DNA of 64,000 nt from the human T2T-CHM13v2.0 reference genome, Homo sapiens (GCF_009914755.1 NC_060930.1); one strand, 5' to 3'; counted from the first letter of the stretch, positions 1-17,508 are shown. A program made the numbers and translations. The notes: generated by a model from the sequence alone, not told the origin.

Positions 1-316
1 TAAAGAAACCTGTTAGTGATCATTTCCCATTCCCTCCCCCACAGTCCTTGGCAATCACTAACGTTCTCTCTGTCCCCGTGGATTTGCCTGGTCTGGACAT
101 TTCGTGTGAATGGAGTCACACAACGTGTGGTCTTCGGTGACTGTCTGCTTTCACTTAGCGTGATGTCTCAAGGTCCATCCAGGTTGTCGCGGGATCAGTA
201 CTTCACTCCTTCATTTTGCTAAGTGATATTTTGTTGTATTGCTAGACCACATTTTGTTAATCCCTTCATCAGGTGACAGGCGTTTGGGTTGTTTCCATTT
301 TTTTGGCTGTTGTGAA
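1..316 (-). mobile_element. Old L1M (L1MB/ME-like) 3' fragment
   Basis: ggcaatcactaa...ggatttgcct...ctttcacttagc...tttgggttgtttcca, typical antisense L1M 3'UTR. Confidence 0.7.
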
Positions 317-1531
317 CTACACAAAATGAGTTTTTTTCTCTGTCTACCCTATAGCCCTTTGCAGGCGGCCGTCTCCTCCCCTCTGAGATTGTTCTTTTCT
401 TTCACGTTGTGCTGGGGATGTGACCTCTGCACCCCTCTGGCTCCATGTTTCCTTCCTGAAGCTGCCCCAGTCACCCAGCTGCAGGGGCAGGTGTTGCTGA
501 TGTGGAAGGAGCAGGTGGCCCTGGGCTGTGCTGCTGGGACAGCTGAGCCGGCTCTCTCGGGAGCCACGTCACTAGTGGTCTCTTCCTTTCAGCCCTTTGC
601 CTCAGCCAGCCTTTCCAGATCTTTTGGATCTGAATCTGGGGTCTGGTCTTTGCTGTCTGAATGATCTCCTGGATCTTAGTCTTCAGAGAATCCGATTAGT
701 ATTCTGCTTGTGTCCTCCATTCATGGTGCAGTGGGGGATTCCAGATGGGGTCTGAGGCAGGTGCACTGAGCTTAGGCATACTTTGATGTAGTCCTTTGTT
801 AATCATCTGTGCTTTAGACTTTGCTATTTCAGAATCATTCTGATTCAACAGTGCAGACAAACAAGGGACCTCTCCCTTTCATCATCTTCTTTATTAGAAC
901 ATCATCTCCTACAAGCCTTTTATGGTTCTCAGCACCTTTCTCCAGAGGCTGTAGTTCATCCTGACCCTGTTCTATGGGTGTGGGCCGCTGTTTTGTCTTT
1001 ATGGTTTTTGTCCTTCCATCTTTTGTATCTATGTTTCCTCTTAAAGTTGTTCCTGAAGAATTTGGTACATATGTTAGGTGAACTAGGTACATGCCATTCT
1101 GCCATTGCTGATGGAAGGCAAGTGATACAGTGTTACTGTGGGGCTCAAAAAGGAATTGGTTCAAAAGACGTTACCATGGGAACCACTCACCTTGAATTAC
1201 ACCACAGCCAGAGCCTCATTTCTGGTGGCACTCTTCAGCATCTGGAAAGACAGCCCTTGAGACCCTTGGGATTTGTAAGGGATGTCACCAAAGATTTTTC
1301 TGCGTTTTTTGTACATTTCGTTTCCCCAGCAGCCAGCATAGGGCCCAGCAGCTGCTAGGCTTGCAATAGATATGTATTGGTTGAATGAAAGAACAGCAGT
1401 ACAGCACCTTACAAATTTAGAAATTCACGTGGCAACAGACTTCTGAAATTATGTTCATCCTTGCTTTAAACCAAAGATTAGAGAGTTCAAGAATGAATGT
1501 CTTTTTTCAACCAATCAATTTTCATAGATTG

Positions 1532-2093
<562 letters not shown>

Positions 2094-2909
2094 ATGCAAA
2101 TATTAAAAACAACAAATAAGATAATATCCAGGGTTGGCGAAATGCAAGGACACAAGTTTTCTCATACACATGAGTGGGGGGGTGTAAACTGATTTAACTT
2201 TTGGGGTAATTTAGCAATGTATAAAAGCCTCTACTTCCATGTTCTTTTTGACTTAGTAATTCTAATTTTAGAAATTTATACTCAGGAAGTAGAAACATAC
2301 ACAGTGATTTATGTTCAAACCTATTCCTCAGAGTAAGAAGTTGGGAGCGATCTGTATTTCAGCAGTAGATTTCTGGTTAAATAAATTAGTTCTGTAGCTA
2401 CTAAAATAATAAGTTAATAGGATAGCTAGCACAAACTATATATACTGATTTAAGACAAGAAAAGCACGTGAATTAGAAGTGTTTCTATTATAGAAAACTA
2501 GACGTCTAGAAGGCTGTCTCTGGGTGGTGGGATTAATGTTTAATTTCTTCTGTGTTTTCCTTTATTTCCCGTAATGAATGTTTATTATTTTTATTACCTG
2601 AAAAGAAAATTATTTGAAAACAAAACAAAAACTCCTGAGGCAACTAATATTTGAAGGGGGAAGTCCTGGGCATATGCCAGTATCCATCCCAGAACCTCAG
2701 GTGCTGGCAAGCCCTGCATGCTGTTTCTTCTGGTCTGACTCAGTATCCTCGGAGAATCGCATAATCAACATTGTGCTGGCAGCTTGTAGAGAGATGCACT
2801 AAGAAATTAGAGAACTGTATGCAAAGTGTTTGTATGTCTTTTATAAAATTGCTGTTGAAGACATTGTGTTGTGAACTTTAAACCTCCAAATATAATTCTT
2901 TTTTTTCCC

Positions 2910-4211
<1,302 letters not shown>

Positions 4212-4499
4212 TAATGCCTTTTCTTAGAGAGTGAAAGCCATGGGATGCATTGCATTTTTCTCTTGGTACTGGCTGTCAGATATTTCAGAAATCAGTTTTT
4301 TGCTGAATTGTACTAATTACTAACATCCTGGTATGGATTTCTGGTATAATTATCTGCATTCTTTCTTCACTATTTTGCCTTTTAAAACACTTTAAAAATT
4401 ATTTCTATCTAATCTGGCTTTTTATTATAAGCTGCTTTCATTTCTTTTTGGAAGTAAACAAGCTATAATGAATAGATAGAAGCTAATGGCATTTTAGTG

Positions 4500-5420
<921 letters not shown>

Positions 5421-5788
5421 AGTAGGAACTTAACGGTATACAGTGCGCCTGATAAATTGGAGCTGCTGCCTGTACGGCCTCACGTTTCTTGAGACAGCTC
5501 TTGCTTCTTCAGCAGTGCCGTGTGTGGCTGGCTGTACTGACACAATCAACCTTTGAGGGTTTCTGTTGCTTTTGTTTGGCATTTCCTTGGGAAATCTTAG
5601 TTCTGAGTTCTGCATTCCTGGAGTCTGGGCTCCATTTCACCGAGCCTGGTGGTGCCCTTGGCTCTGATAAAAGAGCACCAGAATCACACAGACACCTTCC
5701 CCTGGTGCCACTGTTTGTTTCACTAACCAGCTCTTCTTCCTTGTTGATGACAATCAAATTCAGGGTAAAAATGACCCTGATTGCTTCC

Positions 5789-6140
5789 TGTATTAGTCTG
5801 TTTTCATGCTGCTGACAAAGATGTACCCAAGACTGGGAAGAAAAAGGGGTTTAATTGGACATAGAGTTCCACATGGCTGGGGAGGTCTCAGAATCATGGC
5901 GAGAGGCGAAAGGCTCTTCTTACATGGGAGCAGCAAGAGAAAATGAGGAAGAAGCAAAAGTGGAAACCCTGATAAACCCATCAGGTCTCATGAGACTTAT
6001 TCACTATCAAGAGAATAGCACGGGAAAGGCTGGTCCCCATGATTCAATGACCTCCCCCGGGTCCCTCCCACAACACATGGGAATTCTGGGAGATATAATT
6101 CAAGTTGAGATTTGGGTGGGGGCACAGCTAAACCGTATCA
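5789..6140 (-). mobile_element. THE1 (THE1C-like) MaLR solo LTR
   Basis: tgtattagtc...ccgtatca, ~350 bp, exact 5-bp TSD CTTCC (5784-5788 / 6141-6145). Confidence 0.9.
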
Positions 6141-6431
6141 CTTCCCTAATGTACTGAGAGAAAATTGTCACCCTGCACCCAGCGTGTTCAGATGAGGCTC
6201 TGTTTTCAGTGGAAGGTGTCTGTGCTGAGCAGATGTCTAGATGGTCGATGGCCCCTTCCTGCCTGAGCCTGTCATGTGGGCTGTGTCCTCCATCTGGCAC
6301 TGTTGTTGATGCCGTCTCCCTTTAACTCAAGAAGCTGATTTCTCTCTCCTTTTGTTCTCAACCCCATTTTCCATGAACATTTGGTTCATTTGTTTCTACT
6401 TAAATGTTTATCTTTTAAGTAGATAGAATGG

Positions 6432-7123
6432 TGTCTTAGTCTATGCTTCTGTAACTGTACACCACACACCGGGTAATTTATAAATAATAGAGATTTATTC
6501 CTTACAGTTTTGGAGGGCAGGGAAGTCCAGGATCCAGGCACTGGCAGGTTTGGTGTCTGGTGAGGGCTGTTCTCTGCCTTCCAGGATGGTACCTTGTTGC
6601 TGTATCCTCTGGAAAGGACACATTCTGTGCCCTCAGTGGAAGGGATGGAAGGACAAAGGAGGCCTCAGCTAGCCCCCCCTTTTTTGAGACAGGGTTTTGC
6701 TCTGTCACTCAATCTAGAGTGCAGTGGCACGATCACATCTCGGTGCAGTATCAACCTCCCAGCCTCAAGCGATCCTTCCACCTCAGTCTCCTGAGTAGCT
6801 GGAACCAGACAGGCACACACCACCATGCCTGGCTTGGATTTTTTTAATTTTTTATTTTCTAGAGACGGGGTCTCACTGTGTTGCCCAGGCTTGAACTCCT
6901 GGGTTCAAGCAGTCCTCCCTCCTTGGCCTCCCAAAGTGTTGGGATTACAGGTGTGAGCCACTGCACCGTGCCCCTCTACCCCTTCTATAAGGTGCAAATC
7001 CATTCATGGGGGCAGAGTCCTTATGACTTAATCACTTTACCAAATTCTCCACCTCACAATACCACCATAATGGGGGCTAAGTTTAAACATGAAATTTGGA
7101 GGGGACAGATTCCAACTGTAGCA
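6432..7123 (-). mobile_element. MST-like MaLR LTR interrupted by an antisense AluJ (6680-6972)
   Basis: tgtcttagtc...gggaagtccaggatc...tttggtgtctggtgaggg...gaaatttggaggggaca...tagca. Confidence 0.75.
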
Positions 7124-7636
7124 AGTGGTGCTCCTTCTCTGTATCCCTCTTGTATCAGCTCTTACTCTTTGGAATACGTCGTGCCCACACCCGTTGCCAC
7201 GTTCAGGCCATGAGACCACTCACTAGGTCTCACTGGCACTTGTGGGATGATGCTTACCTCCTGTGTTTTTTAAAAAGTTGGTTTCATCAGCCATGCTCTG
7301 CATATGCAGTGACCTTTGACACTACAAAAATCACTTGTACTCACTTTCCTGTTCTTTTCTCCTGAGATTTTGCAGGCACCTTCTCTGGGCACGTCACATG
7401 CGTCATCCTCAGCACCCTGAGTCCTCTTGGTTATTCTGCACATTTTTTCCTCTGATTAAGTGTTTTTCGGGCCGAGTTTTGATTGACACTCTGTGGCCAG
7501 CTGTTCACATCTCATTTCCTCCATTTTCTTCTAAGCCATGACCTTTGACTGGGGAGTGAGATGAAAACAGCAACTCACGTCTCAAGTCCTTCAGGCTCCT
7601 ACCTGAGGCTGCCCTGCAGTTTCCCAGGGAAACTGA

Positions 7637-8126
<490 letters not shown>

Positions 8127-9340
8127 ATTTCATGTTGTTTTTAAACATGGGGACCCAGGCTGTGAATCTGAAGCTGGGCCTCCAGTCCAGGCCCTTTGCT
8201 TGGTGCTGCACAGGTCGCTGTGACACGTCCCTCCCGCGGTCTGTTTCTGTGGTTGTCCATTCAGAGGACTCTGAGGATGTGAGGAAACGTTTGTTCTGTG
8301 CCAAAGAGCCAGTCAGCTCCTGGAGGCCTTTTACTGGTCATATTTTTGTTAAAGTCACTTATTTCGTGCTGCATGGGAATTGACATCACCTGTGCCTGCA
8401 CGGAGGCCAAGGTTGTGCTCAGCAGATGTGGATGGATGGATGGGCGCATGGGAGATTTAATCAGGGAGGAGTGGCCCAGGGTATGGTGTGGGCACTTGTT
8501 CCAAAGGTAACTTCGTGGTGTCACAGGGCAAGCCTCGGCTCTGAAAGGACAAAGACAGCAGCTTTGTAATGCCAAAGGGACCTTGACGCAAAAGCTTGAG
8601 TGCCGAATGACAGTGCTTCAGATTTCAAAAGGAATGTCTAAGCCGGAGTATTTTCTGGGAACTGTACTCTTTATTTCATTTTACTTATTTTACATTTTAA
8701 TTTCAAAAATGTATTTTGGGGTTTAAAAATAAACACAGAACAAACAAAACCCCCAAACCCAGTACCCTAGAGTTGGGTCCACACAGTGGACCTGGCAGTG
8801 CCCACGGGACGGAACGACCTCTACTTGTGGACGCCTGTGAGGCACTGGCTGGGCTTGCTCCTGTGGACCTTCTGGCCCCAGCTCACGGGATCCAGCGCGC
8901 CTGGAGGCCGCTGTGTGTCATGGAGGGGCCAGGGCCCTACTCTCGGGGCTTCCTGCAGCTTGCTTGGGAAAACTCAGCCTTTCAGGCCCTTGGCACAAAC
9001 GCATGTCAGATTGAGCTGTCAGCTGGGCTGGCCCAGGAGGAGCACGCAGGTGATTCTGCTTGGCTGCTGCTGACAGGGGCGGCCTCCCAGAGAGTCAGAA
9101 TATGTGGAAATGGCTTTTCCCGGAACCAGGAGGATGGGGACGCATGATAGGAGGAAGGAAGCCCGGATGGAGTGTGATGAAGGCGCCGCGTGCCTCCTGC
9201 AGGCCACATAGCAGGTTTGGTGTGCAGGGTCTCATTTGAAAGCTGGACCAAAGCGTGCTCTCAGCTCACATTTTAGAACTAAAATGCATGTTTTAGATTA
9301 GCTACATTTATTGAATAAAGCATTGTTTTCTAGTGTTAAT

Positions 9341-9925
9341 TTTTTGTTTTTGAGATGGAGTTTTGCTCTTGTTGCCCAGGCTGGAATGCAGTGCGATCTT
9401 GGCTCACTGCAACCGCTGCCTCCTGGGTTCAGGTGATTTCTCCTGCCTCAGGAGTAGCTGGGATTACAGACATGCGCCACCACGTCTCTGTTTTTAGTAG
9501 AGACAGGGTTTCTCCATGTTGGTCAGGCTGGTCTCGAACTCCTGACCTCAGGCGATCCACCCGCATCGGCCTCCCGAAGTGCTGGGATTATAGGCGTGAG
9601 TCACCGTGCCTGGCCTAGGGTTAATTTTTTTTTTTTTTTTTGGAGATGGAATCTTGCTCTGTCGCCCAGGCTAGAGTGCAGTGGTGCAATCTTGGCTCAC
9701 TGCAACCTCCACCTCCTGGGTTCAAGCACTTCTCCCTGCCTCAGCCTCCCAAGTAGCTGGGATTACAGGCAAGCACCACCACGCCCGGCTAATTTTTGTA
9801 TTTTTAGTAGAGATGGGGTTTTGCGATGTTGCCCAGGCTGGTCTCAAATTCCTGACCTCAGGTGATCTGCCCACCTCAGCCTTCCAAAGTGCTGAGATTA
9901 CAGGTGTGAGCCACCGCACCCGGCC
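9341..9925 (-). mobile_element. Two tandem antisense AluS elements (9341-9615, 9625-9925)
   Basis: Alu consensus; target-like ctag(t/g)g(t/g)taattttt before, between and after them. Confidence 0.9.
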
Positions 9926-10408
9926 CTAGTGGTAATTTTTAATGAGAATGAGTTGATTATTTTCTGTTGCTCTAACAGACTCTTAAGCTAGAATCCCCCT
10001 CCTCCAGGGAGTCTGAGATTATTTTCTTTCTTAAGAGTTACGGTTCCTTGAGAGTAAAAACAACCACCCAGCCTTTCAGACCTATTAATTCAGACGTAGT
10101 TTGTGTTTTTTTCTGATGGTAGCAATTCTTTTTTCTCTTCTTGACTGTGCGTTAGAGTATGTTTGTTCGACTAAGACGTAGTAAACGTTTTTAATCTCAA
10201 TATTATGTTTATATCAACACTCCCCCCAAATGCTCAAGTCGCTACTTTGATAATTCTATAAATGATATAATGTTATAAAATTTAAATGCTGTAGCAATAA
10301 TCATAATAGTTATGTGATGTTTTGGGTTTATAGTAGTAACTATTGTTTACTGAACTTTTGCTGTTTGCTGGGCATTGTGCTTAGTTTTTAATACGCATCA
10401 TCTCATTA

Positions 10409-10952
<544 letters not shown>

Positions 10953-11109
10953 TTATGTGAAGTAGGTTACTAGCATCCCCATTTTATGGAGGAAAATCTG
11001 AAGTTTCTTGAGATTAAGTCATTTGCCCAACTATTAATGGCAGGAGCTGGAATTTGAACCTGAATCACTGTGATCTCCACTTGCCCATTACCATCTATTG
11101 TTAGTGGTT

Positions 11110-13480
11110 GGTTTTTGTTTGGCAGCTTTATTGAGGTATAGTTGACACACAGTGAAACCTGGGAAGCCGTTCCCACAATCAAGATCATAAGCATCCCCTC
11201 ACCAGCCATCACCCCTAAACATCTTCTTGTGCCCCTTCCTCCTGTCCTTTCCCATCCCTGGGAAGTCACTGATCTGTTATTTGCATTTTTTTGAGAATTT
11301 TATGTAACTGGAATTATACAATATGTACTTCTCCAATATGAATTGTTTCACGTAGCATAATTATTTTGAGCTTGATCGATGATGAGTGTGTCCATAGTGA
11401 TATTCTAGTATAAATGTAACAGAAATTGTTTATTCATTCACCTGTTGATGGACATTTGAATTACTTCCAGTTTGGGGCTGTCACAAAGAAAGCAGCGATG
11501 AACATCTGTGTATAAAGCTTTGTGTGGACATATGCTTTCATTTCTCTTGGATAAATGCTAGAAATGGAATGGTTGGGCCATGTGGTTAAGAAACTCACAA
11601 ACTGTTCTGCAGAGTGGTTGTGTTACTTTATGTTACACCAGTAGCGTGTGAGGGTTTCAGTTACTTCATATCCCGTCAATGCTCGGTACGGTCAGTCTTT
11701 TGAATTTTGGCTGTTCTAATAGGTGTATAATGGTATTTAATGGTTTTACATTGCAGTTTTAATTTATGTACTTTTTTTTTTTGAGATGGGACCTTGCTCT
11801 GTCGCCTAGGCTAGAGTGCAGTGAGATGATCATGGCTCACTGACCCTGGCCTCCTGAGTAGCTGTGAATACAGGCGCACGCCACCATGCTGGCTAATTTT
11901 TTTATTTTTTATTTTTGTAGAGACAGGATCTTGCTCTGTTGACCAGGCTCACCTCAAACTTCTGGCCTCAAACTAGCCTCCCACCTCAGCCTCCCAAAGT
12001 GTTGGGATTACAGGTGTGAGCCACTGCACCTGGCCTAATTTACATACTTTGAAAATGTTGGTCACTGTCTTCCGGCTTGCATTTTTCTGACAAGAAATCT
12101 GATGTCCACCTTATCTTTGTCCTTATCTTCGTCTTCTGTAATAATGTTCTTCCCTCTCCCCACCCCCTTTTAAGATTTTTCTCTCACGGTGCTTCTTGTA
12201 CTTTTCCTCGTTTCTTATGCTTGGCCATTGAGCTTCTTGGATTTGTGAGTTGATAGTTTTCATCAAATCGGAAACATTTTGGCCATTATCTCTTCAAATA
12301 CTTTTTTTGTCCTTCTGGTCCCCTGACCTCCCAAATTCAGGAACCCCAAATTAGGCCAGTAGGCCAGTGGTCTCCAGCCTTTTTGGCATCGGGGACTGGT
12401 TTTGTGGAAGACAATTTTTCCATGGACCAGGGTTGGTTGGGGATGATTTGGGGACGACTCAAGGGCATTTCATTTATCATTAGATTCTCGTAAGGAGCGT
12501 GCAGCCTAGATCCCTCGCCTGCACAGTTGACAGCAGGTTCGTGCTTCTGTGAAAATCTAATGCCCTGGCCGACCTGAAGAGCTCAGGCGGTAATGCTCGC
12601 TGGCCCACTGCTCATCTGCTGCTGTATGGCCCGGTTGCTGACAGGCCACGTGGCCAGTATTGGTCTGTGGCCTGGGGACCCCTGTATTAGGCCACTTGAA
12701 GTTGTCCAAAGCTTCCCGATGCTATGTTGATTTTTTTTCAGGTTTTTTTTTTTTTTTTAGTTTTATTTTAGATAGCTTCTATTGCTGTGCCTTCACATTT
12801 ACCAATCTCTGTCGTGTCTAATCTGTTGATCATCTTCCAAGTCTTTATTTAACACAAAAATCTTTCATCTAGCTGCTTTATTTCCTTATCTGCTAATTTT
12901 GTCATCTGTGATTTCTGGGGCAGTTTTGATTCGTTGTTTTTTTCCTCATATGGTTTGTATTTTCCTGCTTTTTGGTGTGTCTGGTACTTTTGGTTCAATG
13001 CCAGACATTATTGATTGCTAGGTTTTATATCTTATAAATATCCCTGAGCTTTGTTCTGGGACGTTGTTAATTTCCTTGGAAATGGTTTGATCTTTTCTGG
13101 CCTTGCTTTTCAACATTGCTAGGTGGGGCCAAAGCAGCATGAAGTCTTGAGGCTTATTTTTTCCTAACGCTGAGGCAAAAGCATTCAGCATATGCTACCC
13201 AATGCCCTTTGATGGTGAGTTTCTTCTCTGTCTTGTGGGTGCCAGGCACTGGCTTTTTGGGAGGTTCGTTCTCTCTCTGTACAGCTCTCCTTTCCAGCAC
13301 TCTGTCCTGTGGATTCGGGCCAGCCCTGTCTCCCTGGACTCCCAGCCGTGGCTCTGCCTGGGTTCCCCTCCATGGTGTGGGGCCACCAGGGGCACCCCTT
13401 GTTGTTTCCCATCAGTCAGAGGTTACTACCCTTCATTGCTTCCTCAGGTCCAGTGTCTTAAATCATCCTTGTGCATGCGT
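11110..13480 (-). mobile_element. Fragmented old L1M with AluJ (11773-12035) and MER1B inserts
   Basis: L1M antisense motifs (cagctttattgaggtata..., ttccagtttggggct..., tttggccattatctcttcaaata). Confidence 0.6.
12365..12684 (+). mobile_element. MER1B-like hAT/Charlie MITE
   Basis: TIR-like cagtggtctcca...tggggacccctg; core gcctttttggca...ggttttgtggaagacaatttttcca. Confidence 0.85.
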
Positions 13481-14116
13481 GCATGCGTGTGTGTGTGTGC
13501 GTGATGTTTTAGGTAAATCTGTAACTCTATTTGTACTGAAGTGGATTTTTTAAATTGCTCAGATGACTTTAATTCAATGCATCAGAATGATGGGGCTCTC
13601 TGGCCCTGTGAGCACAGTGTTCTGGGGTCTGGTTATGGACCTGGCTCGTGCTTAGGTTGGTGGTGGCTAGCCTCTGCTCTGCTGTCAGCAGCAGTGCCCC
13701 TGTCCTCGGCTCCATCAGTGCACACTTGGCACACGTGGGACTGTCCAGTCAGCATGAGAACGGACTCCTTCAACTGCAGCTCACTCTTCTGCTTTCACAT
13801 TCATACTTAAAGGTTTTACTTAAACTTTGTAACAACATTCTAGTTGCACTTTTACATCTTTTAAAACTTTCTTTTGATGGAAAGTATGACTATTTCTAAT
13901 AAAGAGATTGACAAGCTTGATTTTTGATGTGAGATATAAGATCCGAATGCTTTTATGATTATAAAATAATTTGTCGGATTTATCCATGTAACAACATTTG
14001 AAATTATTTTTCGCTCTTGGTAATTAAGATTTTTTTATGTCTGTGTCCTTTGATAAAAAAGTAAACTGTACTAAATGTTAAAATTTTGGAACATGTAGGA
14101 TGTTCCAAAATTTTAA

Positions 14117-14310
14117 CCTGCACGGTGGCAGGCACCTGTAATCCCAGCTACTCAGGAGGCTGAGGTAGGAGAAGTGATTGAACCTGGGAGGCGGAGGTTG
14201 CAGTGAGCGAAGATTGCGCCACTTCACTCCGGCCTGGGCGATAGAGCGAGACTCCATATCCAAAAAAAAAAAAAAAGTGTGTGTGTGTGTGTGTATATAT
14301 ATATGTGTAT
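14117..14310 (+). mobile_element. Alu right arm with A tail followed by (GT)n(AT)n microsatellite
   Basis: Alu right monomer; microsatellite ~100 bp upstream of a TMEM181 acceptor. Confidence 0.8.
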
Positions 14311-14409
14311 ATATTGTCTCATCTAGAGATAACTATTAGTAATCTGGTGTATTTTCTCTTAGATGCATATATATTTTTTTCAAATTGTTTTCTCCACTTT
14401 CTATTTTAG

Positions 14410-14490
14410 TGGAAGACTTATAACCCTGCCTTCTCCCGGTTGGAAATCTGGTTCCGGTTTTTCTTTGTGGTGCTCACCTTCATCGTCACT
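14410..14490 (+). CDS. TMEM181: TMEM181 exon (WKTYNPAFSRLEIWFRFFFVVLTFIVT)
   Basis: ttttag|TGG ... ACT|gtgagt; 81 nt, phase 0/0. Confidence 0.95.
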
Positions 14491-15254
14491 GTGAGTACCA
14501 TTCGCCTGATGGACCGCAGCAGATCCCAGCCAGGAAGAAGCTGGTTTATGCAGTTAGGATCTTCGGTGCAAGCCACATGGAGATTGATCTGAACTCAGAT
14601 GCTCCATCCAGTGGGCTGTGCTGATATTACAACTCTGTGTGTCTGCCGAGATGCTGCCGTGCAAGAAAAAATGATGTGGTATCATGTATTCAGGATTTCT
14701 GTAGAGTGCACGTCCGTGACTTTTAAGTAAATGTTGATCATGTGCGGTGAAAAGTGCCATTTCACCTGTGTGGAAGGAAGCTGCCTTACTTGAATGAGCT
14801 TCTCTGAGTGCAGATGCAGCATGCTCTTGGGTTTTTATATTTTATATTTTTATAGTTGTGCCAGTCCTTTGCGTTTTTGGGCATTTTCAGGAATAAGGCC
14901 AAAGAGAAGTGTTTTGGAAATGCAGGCATTGGGCTCGTTTGGGATCTGAGGTTTGTGTCCACAAACCCACATGACTTTGGGGGAAATGCTTACCCTGAGA
15001 AGCCCAAGGGAGCCCCCCAGAGCCCCAGTCTGCAAAGATAAGAATTGGTAAATTGGAGGAAGGGAAAGTGTGCTTCATTTAGTGATCTGTTGCCGCCCGA
15101 AGTGTGGCGTTCTGCCTGCATCAGCTGCTTGTCCTTGTGCGGGATGGTGGGGAGGTGACATTTAGGAAATGTGTCCACCCAGGAACACTTGGTATTTTTC
15201 AGAGTAACTGTGCATGGAAGGACACAGGCGCATGCACATGTGAGGGGGTGCTCT

Positions 15255-15516
15255 GCTGGAGCGAAGGGCGTGGGCGCTAGAGCCACAGGGAGCTGGAGGG
15301 AAGGGCGTGGGCGCTAGAGCCACAGGGAGCTGGAGGGAGGGGCGTGGGCGCTAGAGCCACAGGGAGCTGGAGGGAAGGGCGTGGGCGCTAGAGCCACAGG
15401 GAGCTGGAGGGAAGGGCGTGGGCGCTAGAGCCACGGAGCTGGAGGGAGGGGCGTGGGCGCTAGAGCCACAGGGAGCTGGAGGGAAGGGCGTGGGTGCTAG
15501 AGCCACAGGGAGCTGC
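15255..15516. repeat. 37-bp G-rich minisatellite, ~7 copies
   Basis: Unit AGGGCGTGGGCGCTAGAGCCACAGGGAGCTGGAGGGA. CTAGAGCC recurs at 15277, 15314, 15351, 15388, 15425, 15460 and 15497. Confidence 0.95.
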
Positions 15517-16457
15517 AGGTTGTGGTGCTTACGCCCAGCCCAGGGCCTCCAGGATCTCAGGGCTCCCGCAGTGAGCTTCATAAATGAAAGTAGAAAGCTG
15601 TTATTTGTGTCTGGGCAGCCAGAAACACTTGCTTCTTCTCAAAGGCTCTCTGATGCCCTGAGATTCTCCTGCCACACTCTGGAGTCCAAAGAGCTATTTA
15701 TTACTCAGGGCCCCAAGTATGTTCTTAAAAAGAGGGAAGATGGTCCCTAGGCAAGGAAACCCACATTGCCTAGAAAACTGTTGGCTTATATCAGATTATA
15801 CGAAAACAATCAACAACAAAACCCTGGCCTAAAAATTATGTTATATAATGTTTTAAAGCAGTTTAAAGAAACTTATTCCATGGGCCTAACACACCTTCTT
15901 CAGGGAGGTGTTTGAAAAGAAACGCATCCTCTGACCTTTGTTACAAGACTCCTACATTCTCTTGGCTTTTCATGGGCAAGCCCTGGCACCATCTTGGAAG
16001 CTGCTGCCATCTGTAGCAGTTGCGCTGCCGGGAACATGAGGCTCCTGTCACACCCACAGATGTGGCCTGTGTCCTGGGTGGGTTCGTCTGAGTGCTGGCT
16101 CTCTGGAGCAGGCCCAGTGGAAGTGGGCCTTGTTTTCCTCGCCGTGGTGGTGAGAGGGTGGGTCCTCTTTCCTTTTGCAGGGATTACGTTCCTTCTCCTT
16201 TCCTGCTCCTGTGAGGACAGCTCGGAACCTGTCTTAGCTGTGGCTTCTCTGCAGAAAGTAACAACCTTGTCTTGGTTGTCACTGATGGCCTCCAGGACAC
16301 AGTAGGCAATTCAGCCAGGGCTTAAGGCAGCGACTCTTAGTGGGGCACCTAGACCATTGATTAGAGAAGACAACCTGGTATGCCGGCAAGGTGTGAGCAA
16401 AGGCTGCAGGCAAGGTGTGAGCAAAGGCAGTAACTGGAGGCCTGATTTGGTTTGCAG

Positions 16458-16557
16458 TGCCTGTTTGCGCATTCCCTCCGGAAATTTTCCATGAGAGACT
16501 GGGGCATCGAGCAGAAGTGGATGTCTGTTCTCCTGCCTCTGCTGCTACTTTACAATG
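16458..16557 (+). CDS. TMEM181: TMEM181 exon (CLFAHSLRKFSMRDWGIEQKWMSVLLPLLLLYN)
   Basis: tttgcag|TGC ... AATG|gtgggt; 100 nt, phase 0/1. Confidence 0.95.
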
Positions 16558-16611
16558 GTGGGTAGTTCCATTTTTACTTAGGAACTTTTCCCTTTAAAAT
16601 GTAAAGCTGGA

Positions 16612-16900
<289 letters not shown>

Positions 16901-17350
16901 TAAAGCTGGAAGCCATCTTGGAGATGGCCTAGGCCCAGAAGAGCCCGTAGGGAGCCCCAGAAGGAACATGTAGCCGTGTGCTCCCTGCCACCCCAGGAGC
17001 CATGTTCCACCGAGCTGGGGCAGATGCCTGGCTCTCTAACAAATAGGCGGCTGTTCGGTAGTTAAAACTTGGACGTGCTACAGACACAGCAGTCCTGGAA
17101 CTTGGCTGAAGGTGGCCAGACATGGCTGGCTGTTCCTCTTTTCCTGCTCCAAAAGTGTTTGCTTCCCGAGCTGCCGCAGTCGGAACTCCCAGGCTCCGGG
17201 AGGAGCTGATGGCAGTGGCATACGGCGCTCTGTCGTGATCAGTGCAGCAATCTGTTCAGTGGCTTTTAGGTGTTTTGGAAAACAAAATAGCCATTGGTTC
17301 ACTACCTTTCCTTTGGCTCTGACCAGGGAGAAAAGCTGGTAGTGAGCTCA

Positions 17351-17466
17351 GACCCTGCAGTGGGATGGGGTGCTCTCTGCTAGGTGCTGACCCCGCACAG
17401 GTATGGGGTGCTGTCTGCCAGGTGCTGACCCCGCAGAGGTATGGGGTGCTGTCTGCCAGGTGCTGG
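17351..17466. repeat. 38-bp minisatellite, ~3 copies
   Basis: Unit approx. GACCCCGCAGAGGTATGGGGTGCTGTCTGCCAGGTGCT; ggtgctg recurs at 17383, 17421 and 17459. Confidence 0.85.
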
Positions 17467-17508
17467 CGGGCCTGTTTTCCACATGCATTTCTGCCCTTTG
17501 TGTTCCAG

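Noticed and set aside
15255-15516. 37-bp repeats as a CRISPR-like array
   Set aside because: Units are head-to-tail with no unique spacers, there are no cas genes, and the context is a primate intron.
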